Below, one piece after another: positions 35,572 to 45,082 of a stretch of DNA of 64,000 nucleotides. The notes beneath the pieces are model-generated. The model saw only the letters and a program-made list of their open reading frames with translations, was not told where the DNA came from and did not search any database. The position numbers were made by a program, and so were the translations under genes. The stretch's first letter is position 1. Every line of letters starts with the position of its first letter. This DNA comes from a virus (Duplodnaviria; Caudoviricetes): the IMG/VR virus record IMGVR_UViG_3300017691_000006, positions 1-64,000 of that record; one strand, given 5' to 3'.

Positions 35572-36041
35572 TGACTTTCTCCTCAGAGGTGGTGTTGTGG
35601 TGTGGTCAGGGTGATCACGAGCTGGTGCCTGTGCGTCTTCCTGAAGCTCAGCTTCGTGAAGCGCCAGTGCCAGCCCTCCCGCTGCGTGTCCTTGCCCGTA
35701 CCTACGTGGTACAGGCCGACGACGCCGGGTATCTTCCAGGAGCGGCGGGTCGCCCAGCCGTTGGTCCCGCCGTTGCGGGTGTAGACGATAGCGCCGAACA
35801 GCCGCCTGTGGCCCGCGTCGACGCGCTTGTTCTCCACGCGCTTGTAGAGGCCGAAGAACCTCTCTGTCTCGTCGAAGTCGTAGATGTTACTTCTCCTTCT
35901 TCCGGAACACGCCGAGCACGGTTATCCGCGTCAGCCTGCGTACGTCGAGTACAGCCAAGTAGGCCTCCTCGCGGGTCATCCAGTGCGCTGAGCACCAGTA
36001 CCCCACGTGCTCGCTGTAGTAGGCGAGCTTGCAGTCCTCTT

Positions 36042-36728
36042 TCACCAGCCCTCCATCGGGAACTCGAGGTACACCTGCGCCTGCTGGCGTATCTCGTTGG
36101 TGATGCGGTCGACGCGGTCGGTGTTGCGCGAGACGCGGCCGAACCAGCGCCAGCCGGAGCCCACCGCTTTGGTACCCTGGTGAAAGGCCTGCCAGTCGAA
36201 GAACACCAGCGACCTGTCGGGCACGGGTGACCTCTCCATCTTGCCCGCCTCGATGGCGGCGACCACCTCCGCGTGCCACTTGCGGTAGATGAGCTCGCCC
36301 TCCGACGGTATCTCCAGCTCGATCTCGCCCAGGGCGAAGTCGGTAGGCGCGACGTCGGCGTTGACGAGGCCGAGGATGTGCTCGCTCTTGTAGCGCGGGT
36401 TACGGTAATCGGGCTGGCCCGCCGTGGCGAAGTGCTGGCCCACCGGGATAGGAGGCCGTGGCACGTCGTCGTGGTGGTACCCTGGGATGGCCGGGTACCA
36501 GCCGGGCATGAGCATGTGCACTCGGCTGTCGAACACGCAGTTCTGGTGTGTCCAGCTGCGCGGCAGGGCGTCGACGAAGCTGCGCGTGATCGGACCTCCG
36601 TGCTGGTAGGCGAAGCTGATGTCGCAGTTGAAGAACATGGGCTCGTCCTTCACGCGCTCGTTGCCGACCTCCTGCGCGAAAGGGCGGAGGACCATGGCGT
36701 CGGAGCTGATCTTGATGGTGTCTACCAT
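36042..36728 (-). CDS. 2OG-Fe(II) oxygenase superfamily protein
   Basis: HxD (YHHDD), distal His (AFHQG), basic C-terminal strand (RWFGRVS); start MVDTIK. Confidence 0.6.
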   Translation of the reverse strand: MVDTIKISSDAMVLRPFAQEVGNERVKDEPMFFNCDISFAYQHGGPITRSFVDALPRSWTHQNCVFDSRVHMLMPGWYPAIPGYHHDDVPRPPIPVGQHFATAGQPDYRNPRYKSEHILGLVNADVAPTDFALGEIELEIPSEGELIYRKWHAEVVAAIEAGKMERSPVPDRSLVFFDWQAFHQGTKAVGSGWRWFGRVSRNTDRVDRITNEIRQQAQVYLEFPMEGW

Positions 36729-36971
36729 TCTGTACCTCTTGGTGCTAGGGGTTGAGTCTGTAGCCGACGACGTTGCCGGCCTCGAAGCGTTCCAGGCAGC
36801 GCTCAGCCGCCTCCTTCGTAACGTAGTACTCGGAGTCGCGGGAGCCCGGCTCGTCGCCGAACTCACCATGGTAGACGGTACCCACGTACCATCCTGCAGG
36901 TGACTTCATGACCTGCAGCTCGCTGTAGTTAGGCTCGCCCTCGGGGTGTACCTTGGACGCCTGCAGCGACC

Positions 36972-37520
36972 TCACAGGCCGGCCTCCTTCTTGAATGCCC
37001 TGACCGCTTCTACAGCGGTCTCTACGCCGCAGTGGGTGCGGGTAAGGGCTACAGCGAATATTTTAGCGATCTGCTCAAGCTGAACGTTATCGTAAACGGG
37101 CTTCTCGGGCGCGTCGCAGTCCTCTACCTCGGGGGCGAGTCGAGCGTAGAGCATCTCGAGCTCCTCGGCCATCACGCGGCACTTGTCGTAGTGGCTCTCG
37201 ATGTAGGGCAGCCGCTCGCCGGGCTGGCGGTTCTTTGGCATGTCGCCGTAGCGCTTGAGGGCGGAGATGAACTCCTCGATGCGCGGGCGGTCGAGCGTCG
37301 CGATGAGCTCGATGCGGGCCGTGTCGCCGTTGAGGTTCCTGCGCTCCGCTGCGTAGTAGTTGGCTGCTCCCGGTGACTCGAACTTCACCATGTTGGTGAA
37401 GCCGCCGTAGGTGTCGTCCAGTACCAGGTAGATGCCGTCGTTGTAGGCGCTGATGTGGCCGTTCTTGTCGGCCTGGGTGTTCACGACGCGGACGGTGTTG
37501 AATCGCTTGAAGTCTTGCAC
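36972..37520 (-). CDS. Hypothetical protein (182 aa)
   Basis: ORF with RBS in operon orientation. Confidence 0.55.
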   Translation of the reverse strand: MQDFKRFNTVRVVNTQADKNGHISAYNDGIYLVLDDTYGGFTNMVKFESPGAANYYAAERRNLNGDTARIELIATLDRPRIEEFISALKRYGDMPKNRQPGERLPYIESHYDKCRVMAEELEMLYARLAPEVEDCDAPEKPVYDNVQLEQIAKIFAVALTRTHCGVETAVEAVRAFKKEAGL

Positions 37521-37574
37521 GGGGTCTCTCCTCGGGTGGGTTAGGGCCTACCAAGCCAGCAGGCCCTGGGGGTG

Positions 37575-38084
37575 TCAGACGCGCGGTCGGGGGTGGCGAG
37601 TCATGGGTGCGCCCGTGCGGCGCTCCTGCGTACCTATCGCTGGCACAGGAGCTGGTACGGGTGTGCGGTCGATGAGGCGAGAGTGGTCGAGCCAGCCGGC
37701 GTCGGCCTGCTTGAACGCCTTAGCGTCGTGTCTCGGCGTGACGATCACCATCAGGCAGCCGTTGAGCGTTATGGAGCGGGCCGTGACCGTGCCCACGATG
37801 CCCGTGATCTTGTCCTCGACCAGCTGCCCCAGGTCAACCTTGAAGGGCAGCTCGGCTTGCGGCAGGAGGTCGCACAGCTCCTCGTCTACGACCTCCATGG
37901 CGTAGTGATCAAAGCCGATCCGCTCCGGCACGGTCCCGCCGTCCGTGACCTTGGGTTGCACGATGAGGTGTACGGAGCCGTTGTGCAGCTCGGTGAAGGA
38001 CTCGAGGATACCCTCCAGCCCGGTGATCTTGTCGCGAACCTTCTGGCCGCGCTTGAACCCGCTCGGGATTGTGAAGTCTACCAT
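37575..38084 (-). CDS. Hypothetical protein with an internal tandem domain duplication
   Basis: GQKVRDKITGLEGIL / GQLVEDKITGIVGTV. Confidence 0.65.
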   Translation of the reverse strand: MVDFTIPSGFKRGQKVRDKITGLEGILESFTELHNGSVHLIVQPKVTDGGTVPERIGFDHYAMEVVDEELCDLLPQAELPFKVDLGQLVEDKITGIVGTVTARSITLNGCLMVIVTPRHDAKAFKQADAGWLDHSRLIDRTPVPAPVPAIGTQERRTGAPMTRHPRPRV

Positions 38085-38088
38085 GTCG

Positions 38089-38514
38089 CTATTCCTCTTG
38101 GATGTTGATGAACTCACGGGCGAACGCCTGCAGCGCCGCCATGTACTCCTTGTCGTTCCATATCCTGCAGATGCCGCTGGTGTGCGGGAGCAGCAGGACG
38201 TTGTCTACTACGTCTCCTATCTTCATGTTGCGAAACTTCACGGGCATGGCTCGGTTGGCCGAGATACCCATGACCAGGAATGGGTGCATGCCCGACCGGT
38301 TGTAGTACCGGCTGACGCGCTCCCTGACGTGGGTGCGGGTCGTGGGCGTCTTCCCCTCCTCGACGGCGTTCATGCGGGTCGTCCCCGCCCTGTACTCGTC
38401 GGACGACATGCCCAGCAAGGCCGCGAGGCGCTTGCCGGACATGCTGTCGTCGGGGTCCAGGGGAGAGGACGGGTCGGTGTTGGGACCGGGCCGCTCCCCC
38501 AGCACGTAGATCAC
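38089..38514 (-). CDS. Uracil-DNA glycosylase-like fold protein (141 aa)
   Basis: VLGERPG (cf. GEAPG) ... SGKRL ... LPHTSG (cf. HPS); GTG start overlaps the upstream TGA. Confidence 0.55.
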   Translation of the reverse strand: MIYVLGERPGPNTDPSSPLDPDDSMSGKRLAALLGMSSDEYRAGTTRMNAVEEGKTPTTRTHVRERVSRYYNRSGMHPFLVMGISANRAMPVKFRNMKIGDVVDNVLLLPHTSGICRIWNDKEYMAALQAFAREFINIQEE

Positions 38515-38969
38515 CCCACGCAGACGTCGTTGACGCGCGGGGCGTAGCGGTGTTGGATCCACTCGTACTCGAAGCCCTGCGCCATCGCGAAGCCCACGGC
38601 GAGGCACCTGAACACCTCCCTGTCCCAGGTGGACGTGGGGCTCAGGCCGAGGTGGGCCGCGTCGTGCAGCACCTGCAGTCGGCTGAGGAACTCCTCCGAC
38701 ACGCCCTGCTTGGCGAGGCGCTCCGCCACGTCGGGGTTGTTCGCGAAGTAGGTGCCCACGCTGCCGTACAGCGTGCTGTCGTTGGCCAGCTCCGCCTCGG
38801 TGAGTAGCCAACCCACGGCGCAGTGCACGTTGGGCTCCTTGTCCAGCTTGTAGGCGCAGAGCATGTCCACGTGGTTGTAGCAGCGCTTGCCCTGCTGGAT
38901 GATGCCGTAGACGGAGACCTTGAAGGCGTCCTCCTCGGACGCTACTTCCAGTTGTACGTTCTCTCGCAC
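38511..38969 (-). CDS. Paralog family A, copy 3
   Basis: FKVSVYGIIQQ...CAVGWLL.E.E...FLSRLQVLHD...GFAMAQGF. Confidence 0.75.
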   Translation of the reverse strand: MRENVQLEVASEEDAFKVSVYGIIQQGKRCYNHVDMLCAYKLDKEPNVHCAVGWLLTEAELANDSTLYGSVGTYFANNPDVAERLAKQGVSEEFLSRLQVLHDAAHLGLSPTSTWDREVFRCLAVGFAMAQGFEYEWIQHRYAPRVNDVCVG

Positions 38970-39421
38970 TTGCGAAGCTCCTTGATTGGTGCTAGGTGTT
39001 CGTTGTCGATGAAGGGCCAGGAGCCCTCTGTGGTGAGCCAGGTGGTGGAGAAACCCATGGCTTGGGCGAAGCCGACGGCCTTCATTCGGAAGAAGTCGAA
39101 GTCGAACTCTAAGCCCTTGCTGTAGTCGGTACGGTCGTGAAGCTGCTGCATACGGCTGAGGAACCGCATCCCGTCCTCACGAGACATGCCGGTTTGCTCC
39201 AGCAGCCTCTCACCCACCGCCGGGAACCTGGTGAACAGCTGTTCGACATCCATAGACTCTAGGCCTACGGTGGCCTTCGCCTCCTCTTCGGTCAGCAGCC
39301 AGCCGACCGCGCAGCGCTTGCCCTCCGGGTCCAGGTAGACGCAGGACGGGCCGTAGAAGGCCCTGCCGTTCTGCTTGAGGATGTTGTAGACCGCCTTGCG
39401 GAACAGGTTCTCGGCGCTCAT
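38942..39421 (-). CDS. Paralog family A, copy 2
   Basis: FRKAVYNILKQ...CAVGWLLTEEEA...FLSRMQQLHD...GFAQAMGF; start MSAENL. Confidence 0.75.
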   Translation of the reverse strand: MSAENLFRKAVYNILKQNGRAFYGPSCVYLDPEGKRCAVGWLLTEEEAKATVGLESMDVEQLFTRFPAVGERLLEQTGMSREDGMRFLSRMQQLHDRTDYSKGLEFDFDFFRMKAVGFAQAMGFSTTWLTTEGSWPFIDNEHLAPIKELRKCERTYNWK

Positions 39422-39864
39422 GCCTCGAATACCTTGTTCAGGGGCGGGTGGTCCTCGCCGTCGAAGTAAACGGAGATACCGGTCTCCAGCAGCCAGCCGG
39501 CTCCGAAGCCCATGGCCTGGGAGAAACCGTAGGCGCGCTGGCGGAAGGCGTCGCGGTCGAACGCCGTCATGTCGTCGTGAAGCGCCTGCAAACGTGACAA
39601 GAACTCCCTGTCGCTGCCCTTGTACTCCTCGTTCATGTCGACCTGCAGCCGATCGGCGACGGCGGGGAGGTGTTGCAGCAGCTTGACCGCTGTCATCGAC
39701 GGCATGGTCTGGGTGACCAGCGCCTCCTCCTCCGTCAGCAGCCAGCCGACCGCGCACCGGCGCTCGCCGTCCTTGTACACGCAGGAGCCCGTCTTGCCGA
39801 CCGCGCGGGCGTTCTGCTTGAGGATGTTGTAGACGGCCTTGTTGAATACGAACTGTCTGTTCAT
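39418..39864 (-). CDS. Paralog family A, copy 1
   Basis: FNKAVYNILKQ...CAVGWLLTEEEA...FLSRLQALHD...GFSQAMGF. Confidence 0.75.
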   Translation of the reverse strand: MNRQFVFNKAVYNILKQNARAVGKTGSCVYKDGERRCAVGWLLTEEEALVTQTMPSMTAVKLLQHLPAVADRLQVDMNEEYKGSDREFLSRLQALHDDMTAFDRDAFRQRAYGFSQAMGFGAGWLLETGISVYFDGEDHPPLNKVFEA

Positions 39865-40047
39865 GGTGTTGTTCCTACTTGAGGGCGTTTGAGACGACGG
39901 CGTTGACGTACTGGCTCTCGCTGCTGCTGGCGACGAAGCGGGCGTTGGCCCAGCTCCGTAGGTCCTGCAGAGCCTGCTGCTGTCGCGCGTTGGTGGCGAT
40001 GAGCTCGACGACGTCGACCTCGACCTCCTCGCTGGCGATCTTGACGA

Positions 40048-40437
40048 TCACTGGGCGTTCTCGAGGATGTAGTCGCCGATCTCCTCGAAGCTCTTCTGCT
40101 CGTCGTCGTTCATGCGGACGAAAATCATCATCGAGAAGCCCATGTCCGTGAGCAGCTGGTCCACAGCGTTTGGGTCGGAAGCTTGCTCGCGGTGCGTGCG
40201 GTGCTGCACGACCACCGGCGCGCCGAGGTGTGACACAGCCAGCACGTCCAGGCAGCAGTGCGCGGTCGCCTTACCGTCCTCGGTGCGGTGACTGTTGTTC
40301 CAGTTGCCGCGATTCTGCTCGAACTTACCGCTCTTGAGGTCGGCAGCCCACCTCTCCGCGATCTTGCGGCTCTCGGTCTTCGGCACGCAGCTGTCGATAC
40401 GGAACCAAGCTGCGATCTTCTTGAGGATGTTCTTCAT
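40048..40437 (-). CDS. Paralog family B protein
   Basis: DLKSGKFEQ...CCLDVL...MNDDEQKSFEEIGDYI. Confidence 0.65.
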   Translation of the reverse strand: MKNILKKIAAWFRIDSCVPKTESRKIAERWAADLKSGKFEQNRGNWNNSHRTEDGKATAHCCLDVLAVSHLGAPVVVQHRTHREQASDPNAVDQLLTDMGFSMMIFVRMNDDEQKSFEEIGDYILENAQ

Positions 40438-40706
40438 GGGGTCTCGCTTGATGAAGGGTTGCCCTCCCACGGGATTGCGAGAGGGCGTGTGGTCGTCAGG
40501 CCGGGGCCATCGTCTGTTGGGTGTCGCGGAACTTCTCGACAGCGTCGCTGGCGAAGCCCATCGGGTCGGGCATGTCCAGCTCGCCGGCGGTCAGCAGGGC
40601 GTTGTTGAACACCTGGCTCTCGATCTCCTTGATCTTGTTGTTGTTGAAGCGCCGGAACTCGTTGATGCCCCGGTCGAACGTCGCGCGGTCGTTGAAGTCG
40701 AACATG

Positions 40707-41300
40707 TCAGCGGCGACCCGACGAGAATGACGACGAGCGGAAGCTGCTCGACGACGAGTACGAGGGGCGGCTGTACGACGAGGACGAGCGGTACGAGCTG
40801 GTGTAGCTCGGGCGGCTGTAGGTGGTCCGGGTCGTCGTGGTCGTGCGCGAGTAGGAGTTCGGCGTCACGACGCGCGAGGTGCTGCCGTCGCTGTTGAACC
40901 GCACCGTCGACGCCTTGTTGACGTAGGGGCTGCGGTAGGTGCTCGGGTTGGCGATGCGGGTCACCGAGCGGTACGAGGCCGGCGAGCGGTGGATGATCGT
41001 GGTCTTCTGCGACACGATCGTGCGGTAGTTCTGGCGGTAGTAGTCGTGGCGCACCGGCGGGCGGTAGCCGCTGTAGTTCGGCGTCGGCTGCAGGTAGGTC
41101 TGTCCCGAGCCCATGCGGCCGATCATGTAGCCGGCCATGCCGTAGAGCAGGTACTGGCTGACGTCGCCGCCCGCGTTGCTGTACTGGCGGCACTCCGCCG
41201 GGTTGGTCGCCGCTGCGCACTGGTCACCGCCGCCCATCTGCGGGCCGCAGGCGGTCAGGGTCAGGACGGAGGCGACGGCTGCGATGATGATCTTCTTCAT
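40707..41300 (-). CDS. Lipoprotein with Ser/Arg/Tyr-rich tail (YgiB/DUF1190-like)
   Basis: MKKIIIAAVASVLTLTA-C lipobox; C-x7-C; LLYGMAGYMIGRM; low-complexity C-terminus. Confidence 0.65.
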   Translation of the reverse strand: MKKIIIAAVASVLTLTACGPQMGGGDQCAAATNPAECRQYSNAGGDVSQYLLYGMAGYMIGRMGSGQTYLQPTPNYSGYRPPVRHDYYRQNYRTIVSQKTTIIHRSPASYRSVTRIANPSTYRSPYVNKASTVRFNSDGSTSRVVTPNSYSRTTTTTRTTYSRPSYTSSYRSSSSYSRPSYSSSSSFRSSSFSSGRR

Positions 41301-41327
41301 GTGATGGTCTTCCTTGTAGCTTGAGGT

Positions 41328-41762
41328 TCAGAGGGCGATGATGCGCGGGTTGCAGACCCAGGGCTCAGCGCCGGGTCGATCGCACAGGTTCTGCAGTTGC
41401 AGCAGGATGCTCTCGGCGGTCTCGAGGTCGTACGCCTCGACGCCGTCGATGTCGAAGTTCTTCTCGCGGGTGACGTCGTTCATCAGCGAGTAGTTGCACT
41501 CCATCGAGAAGCTGTAGGAGCAGGCCGCAGCGTATACCGTCTTCCCGTTTTCGGACTGGTCCGTGAAATTGGAGGCGACATCGGCGGCGACCAGGTACTT
41601 GTTGCTCTCGGAGTAGGGGATGTAGTCGGCCGCCGTGATGACGATCTCCTCGTGCTCCGAGACGACCTCGACGGGGTGGCGGCGAACGTACAGCCAGACG
41701 CCGACGAAGCCGAGAAACAGGAGCGCGGTGGCGAAGAGCATGATCAGAGTCTTTGCGTGCAT
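41328..41762 (-). CDS. Membrane-anchored hypothetical protein
   Basis: N-terminal TM helix. Confidence 0.55.
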   Translation of the reverse strand: MHAKTLIMLFATALLFLGFVGVWLYVRRHPVEVVSEHEEIVITAADYIPYSESNKYLVAADVASNFTDQSENGKTVYAAACSYSFSMECNYSLMNDVTREKNFDIDGVEAYDLETAESILLQLQNLCDRPGAEPWVCNPRIIAL

Positions 41763-42673
41763 GGTGTCAGTAGTCCTTGCGTGCGAGTTGGGTGTGGGTG
41801 TAGGAGCGGACGGCCCGCAGCACGAGTATCTCCTTGCCCGGCATGAGCTTGGCGATACGCTGTGCCTCGGCGTCGGCCTTGTCGAGGTTCGGCTGGCGAA
41901 CCTTCGGCTTCTCGCCGTCGGGGTTGAACACGAAGTACGTGCCCTGGCCTCCGCGCGTCAGCACCTTGCGGGTAAACTCGTTGTTGACGTCGTAGAGCGT
42001 GGCGGAGAGGGTCCCGCCTCCGCCGTGTAGCGGCCAGCGCAGCTCGTGGTTGGGCGCGATCATCGGGTTCTTACGCAGGTCGTTGACCAGCTCGCCCAAC
42101 AGGTCGTCGCCCACGAACAGCTTGTGGGTGATACTGAGGTTATGGTCCATCAGAGCACCCAGTAGGCGACCGACTGCAGCACGAAGCCGGCCAGCAGGGT
42201 GTAGCGCACGATGTTGTGGTGCCGCAAGCTAACGTAGCGGCGGTGCCAGCCCTCGTGGTCGGTGACGCTGTCGAACTCGATCTCCGCCGAGTGCCGGTCG
42301 GCGTGGGCGACATGGACGGTCACGCCGTCGTGCAGCACGTGGTCGGAGCGGCGCTCGTAGGCGTCCCGGAAGTAGTCGCGCTCCTTGATGATCACCTCGG
42401 TCGCGGCTGCGGCGACCTTGATGCCCTGCGCCGCCTCGTCCAGGCGGAGCGTGGTCTGCGCGATGGCAGCGCCCATACGGTCGCGGTGCAGCTGGTAGGC
42501 CAGCGAGTTGATGCTGATGGACCGACCCATCTGGTCGATGAGCATGTAGGACGGCACGCCGGTCTGCACCAGCTTGTCGTTGCTGTAGACGTTGTAGTGG
42601 CCCTTGTCGGCCTCCTCGATGCGCACGGTGATGTCGCCTGCGATCAGGTAGCGGGTGGTCTCACGGGTCATGT

Positions 42674-42973
42674 TCAGAACTTTTCCTCTACGTAGTCCGC
42701 GATCTGGGCGAACGTGAGCTCGTCCCGATCGTTCAGGTGTATGATAGTCATGCATTGTTCGAGGGTAAGGGATGTTTTCCGCAGCACGTCAGTCCAGTGA
42801 ACCGGCATCATGCTGGCGCCCACCTGTACGAGAGGTTCGTTCAGGGTTAGCAGCAGTACGCCCAGCGCGCAGGCGCAGCTGCGGTTCTCGGGGTCGACGT
42901 AGATGCGTCGTATCTGCTTGTAGCGCCCCGAGCGAAGGTTGGTGAGGAATGCGGCCTTCACGTGCGGTGGCAT
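42674..42973 (-). CDS. Paralog family B protein
   Basis: NLRSGRYKQ...CALGVLL...LNDRDELTFAQIADYV. Confidence 0.65.
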   Translation of the reverse strand: MPPHVKAAFLTNLRSGRYKQIRRIYVDPENRSCACALGVLLLTLNEPLVQVGASMMPVHWTDVLRKTSLTLEQCMTIIHLNDRDELTFAQIADYVEEKF

Positions 42974-43010
42974 GGTTTCTCCTCTCGGCCGTAAAAAGTT
43001 TAGGTGGGAG

Positions 43011-43037
43011 GGTCAGTTTAGCGTCGTGACCAGGACG
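43011..43037 (-). ncRNA. H-type pseudoknot motif, copy 1
   Basis: CGTC-CT-GGTCA-C-GACG-CTAAAC-TGACC; P1 CGTC/GACG, P2 GGTCA/TGACC. Confidence 0.6.
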
Positions 43038-43043
43038 TGTTCG

Positions 43044-43637
43044 TTACGCGGTGTGGTGCCGCTTGCTCGCGGCCTTCCTCGCGGCCTTGGCCTTGCGGCG
43101 GCGGTCCCGGCGGTTGCCGGTGAAGACCTGCTCCGGCTCCTCGCCGAAGGCGGCGGTGGTCGGCTCGTCCATGTCGGCGAACTCGACCTCGCGGTCGTCC
43201 TCGTCGGGCTCCAGCGAGACCATCTGGAGACGGAGCTCCTCCACCAGCTCGGGGCTGATGTTCATGCCGATCTGCTTGAGCTTGGTGTCGATGATCGCTC
43301 GCGCAACCTCGTGGCTGAGCGTCGGGTCCTTGAGCTGGTCAGCAGCGGACGCGATGTGGAGGTCTGCGGGGACGAGACCAGCGGCCTCCATCTGCGCGCT
43401 GAACGGCTCCAGCTCACCCCTGTCGACCAGGAAGAGCTCAGCGCCCTCCGGCAGTGCGAGCGCCTCCTCGGAGGTCTCCACCTCGACCAGGCCGTCCTCG
43501 TTGTGCGTGCAGAGAGCGTACCACTTGTTCGAGAGACCCTCCTCGACCAGCTCCACGGTCGCTGCGGGCTTGCCCTTGGCGATCAGGAACAGGTTGGCGA
43601 CGAGCGCGCTGTCGTAGTTCTTCATGTGCATTCTCAC
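43044..43637 (-). CDS. Hypothetical acidic protein with basic C-terminus
   Basis: 197 aa; ends NRRDRRRKAKAARKAASKRHHTA. Confidence 0.6.
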   Translation of the reverse strand: MRMHMKNYDSALVANLFLIAKGKPAATVELVEEGLSNKWYALCTHNEDGLVEVETSEEALALPEGAELFLVDRGELEPFSAQMEAAGLVPADLHIASAADQLKDPTLSHEVARAIIDTKLKQIGMNISPELVEELRLQMVSLEPDEDDREVEFADMDEPTTAAFGEEPEQVFTGNRRDRRRKAKAARKAASKRHHTA

Positions 43638-43659
43638 TTGAGGTTGTTAGTGGTGGGTC

Positions 43660-43688
43660 AAGCCAGTTTAGCGTCGTGGCTCAGGACG
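43660..43688 (-). ncRNA. H-type pseudoknot motif, copy 2
   Basis: CGTC-CT-GAGCCA-C-GACG-CTAAAC-TGGCTT. Confidence 0.6.
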
Positions 43689-43782
43689 TCACAGCCGTTT
43701 GCGTGCGGCATTTTACTCTGGTATCGTTTGGGGTTGTTGAACTTACTTCATGATAACCTCCTAGGTGTTTCATATAAGATGC

Positions 43783-44076
43783 TCAGTTCTGCGCGAGCCA
43801 CTCCTCGACGTGCTGGACCGACACGAGGCCGATCTTGCTGCCCATCAGCACCCCGTTCTTGAACAGGTACAGGGTGGGCACGGCCCGGAGCTCCAGCTCC
43901 TTGGCCACCAGCGCGTTCTCGGTGACGTCGCAGACGAGCACGTCCTCGCGGTCGGACAGGCGTTCACCCATCTCGACCGCCAGGTTGGACCAGTCGGTGC
44001 GGCAAAGCAGCATCACCCTCCCCGCGCGCTGCTTCACCTTCGCCTCGAAGTTGGCGTCCGTTACGGCCTCAGGCAC
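43783..44076 (-). CDS. Thioredoxin-fold protein lacking CxxC
   Basis: Aligns by eye with E. coli TrxA (VTDANF..., RAVPTLYLFKNG...KIG), but WCGPC is replaced by WSNLA. Confidence 0.8.
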   Translation of the reverse strand: MPEAVTDANFEAKVKQRAGRVMLLCRTDWSNLAVEMGERLSDREDVLVCDVTENALVAKELELRAVPTLYLFKNGVLMGSKIGLVSVQHVEEWLAQN

Positions 44077-45046
44077 TCAGCCGCACCTGCACGGGAGCGG
44101 ACATCTCGCGGATGTCCAGCTCCGCCTCGATGGCGTGCTTGAAGTGTACGCCGTGCACCGTGATGCGGTAGACCTCGGGACCGACCTCCTTGATGAGGCC
44201 GTACTTCAGCAGCTCCTGGATGGAGCGCGCCGACGGGGTGTTAGCCATGACGAGCTTCTTCTCGCCGGTCGCCAGCACGTCCTTCTGGAGGTCAGTCACC
44301 GTGAAGGGCTTGTTGATGGGAGCCCTGCTCAAGCACAACATCGTGCCTAAGCTAACCTTGTTGATCAATGCGTGGAAACCGGTAAGCATATTCATATCTC
44401 CTCTTGGATCAATCGACCTCAATGATGAGGTTCTCGTGGCCATGTTTGTGGAGGTAGGCCACCCTGTCCTCGTAGCTCATGTTGTCGAGCTCGGCCTGGT
44501 TGGACCGTCGAACGAAGGCGTTGACTTGTTTCTCTGCGAAGGCGTTCACCATCCGCTGCAGGTCCTGGGGCATGCCGCCCCGGATGATCTGCTCCATCAC
44601 GTCCTGGCTGATGTCGTCCCGCGCGTGAAGGCTCACGTTCGGTGCGATCATGCCGCGGACTCTCTCCTCTACCTCAACTGCCTGTCTGTTCAACATACCA
44701 CCCCACTCCACTCAGTTTGTTGTTGCTGCGGTTGTACTTGCACTATCCCACTTGGGCTTTGTCCTTTCATATGGTGTTACTGCAGCATATGCAGCTGCGA
44801 CTCGGCCCGCATGCGCAGGTCGAGAACGGACTCCACCTCCGACGCCTCGCGGCTCGGGGTCGAGATGTTGAGCACGGGAGGGCCTGCGGGCTTGTGGTCG
44901 ACCTGCTGGTCGCCCTCGCTCGCCGTGCGTGTCTTGGTGAACTGGTCGAGCTGCAGCTCAGCTACAACTCCGTTGATGGCGACGACCGCGCCGGGATCGA
45001 ATTGTTCGAGAAGGTGAATCAGCTGGTGGTTGCGCATGTTGCCTGC

Positions 45047-45082
45047 ATTTAAAAGGGAGTGACACCCGAAGGCATCACTCCC
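45047..45082 (-). terminator. Intrinsic terminator
   Basis: GGGAGTGATGCC-TTCG-GGTGTCACTCCC-TTTTAAAT. Confidence 0.8.

Noticed and set aside
43660-43712. tmRNA-like tag reading frame (ANGCDVLSHDAKLA) near pseudoknot copy 2
   Set aside because: No tRNA-like acceptor or T-arm nearby and the tag does not end in the LAA/AA degron; likely coincidence
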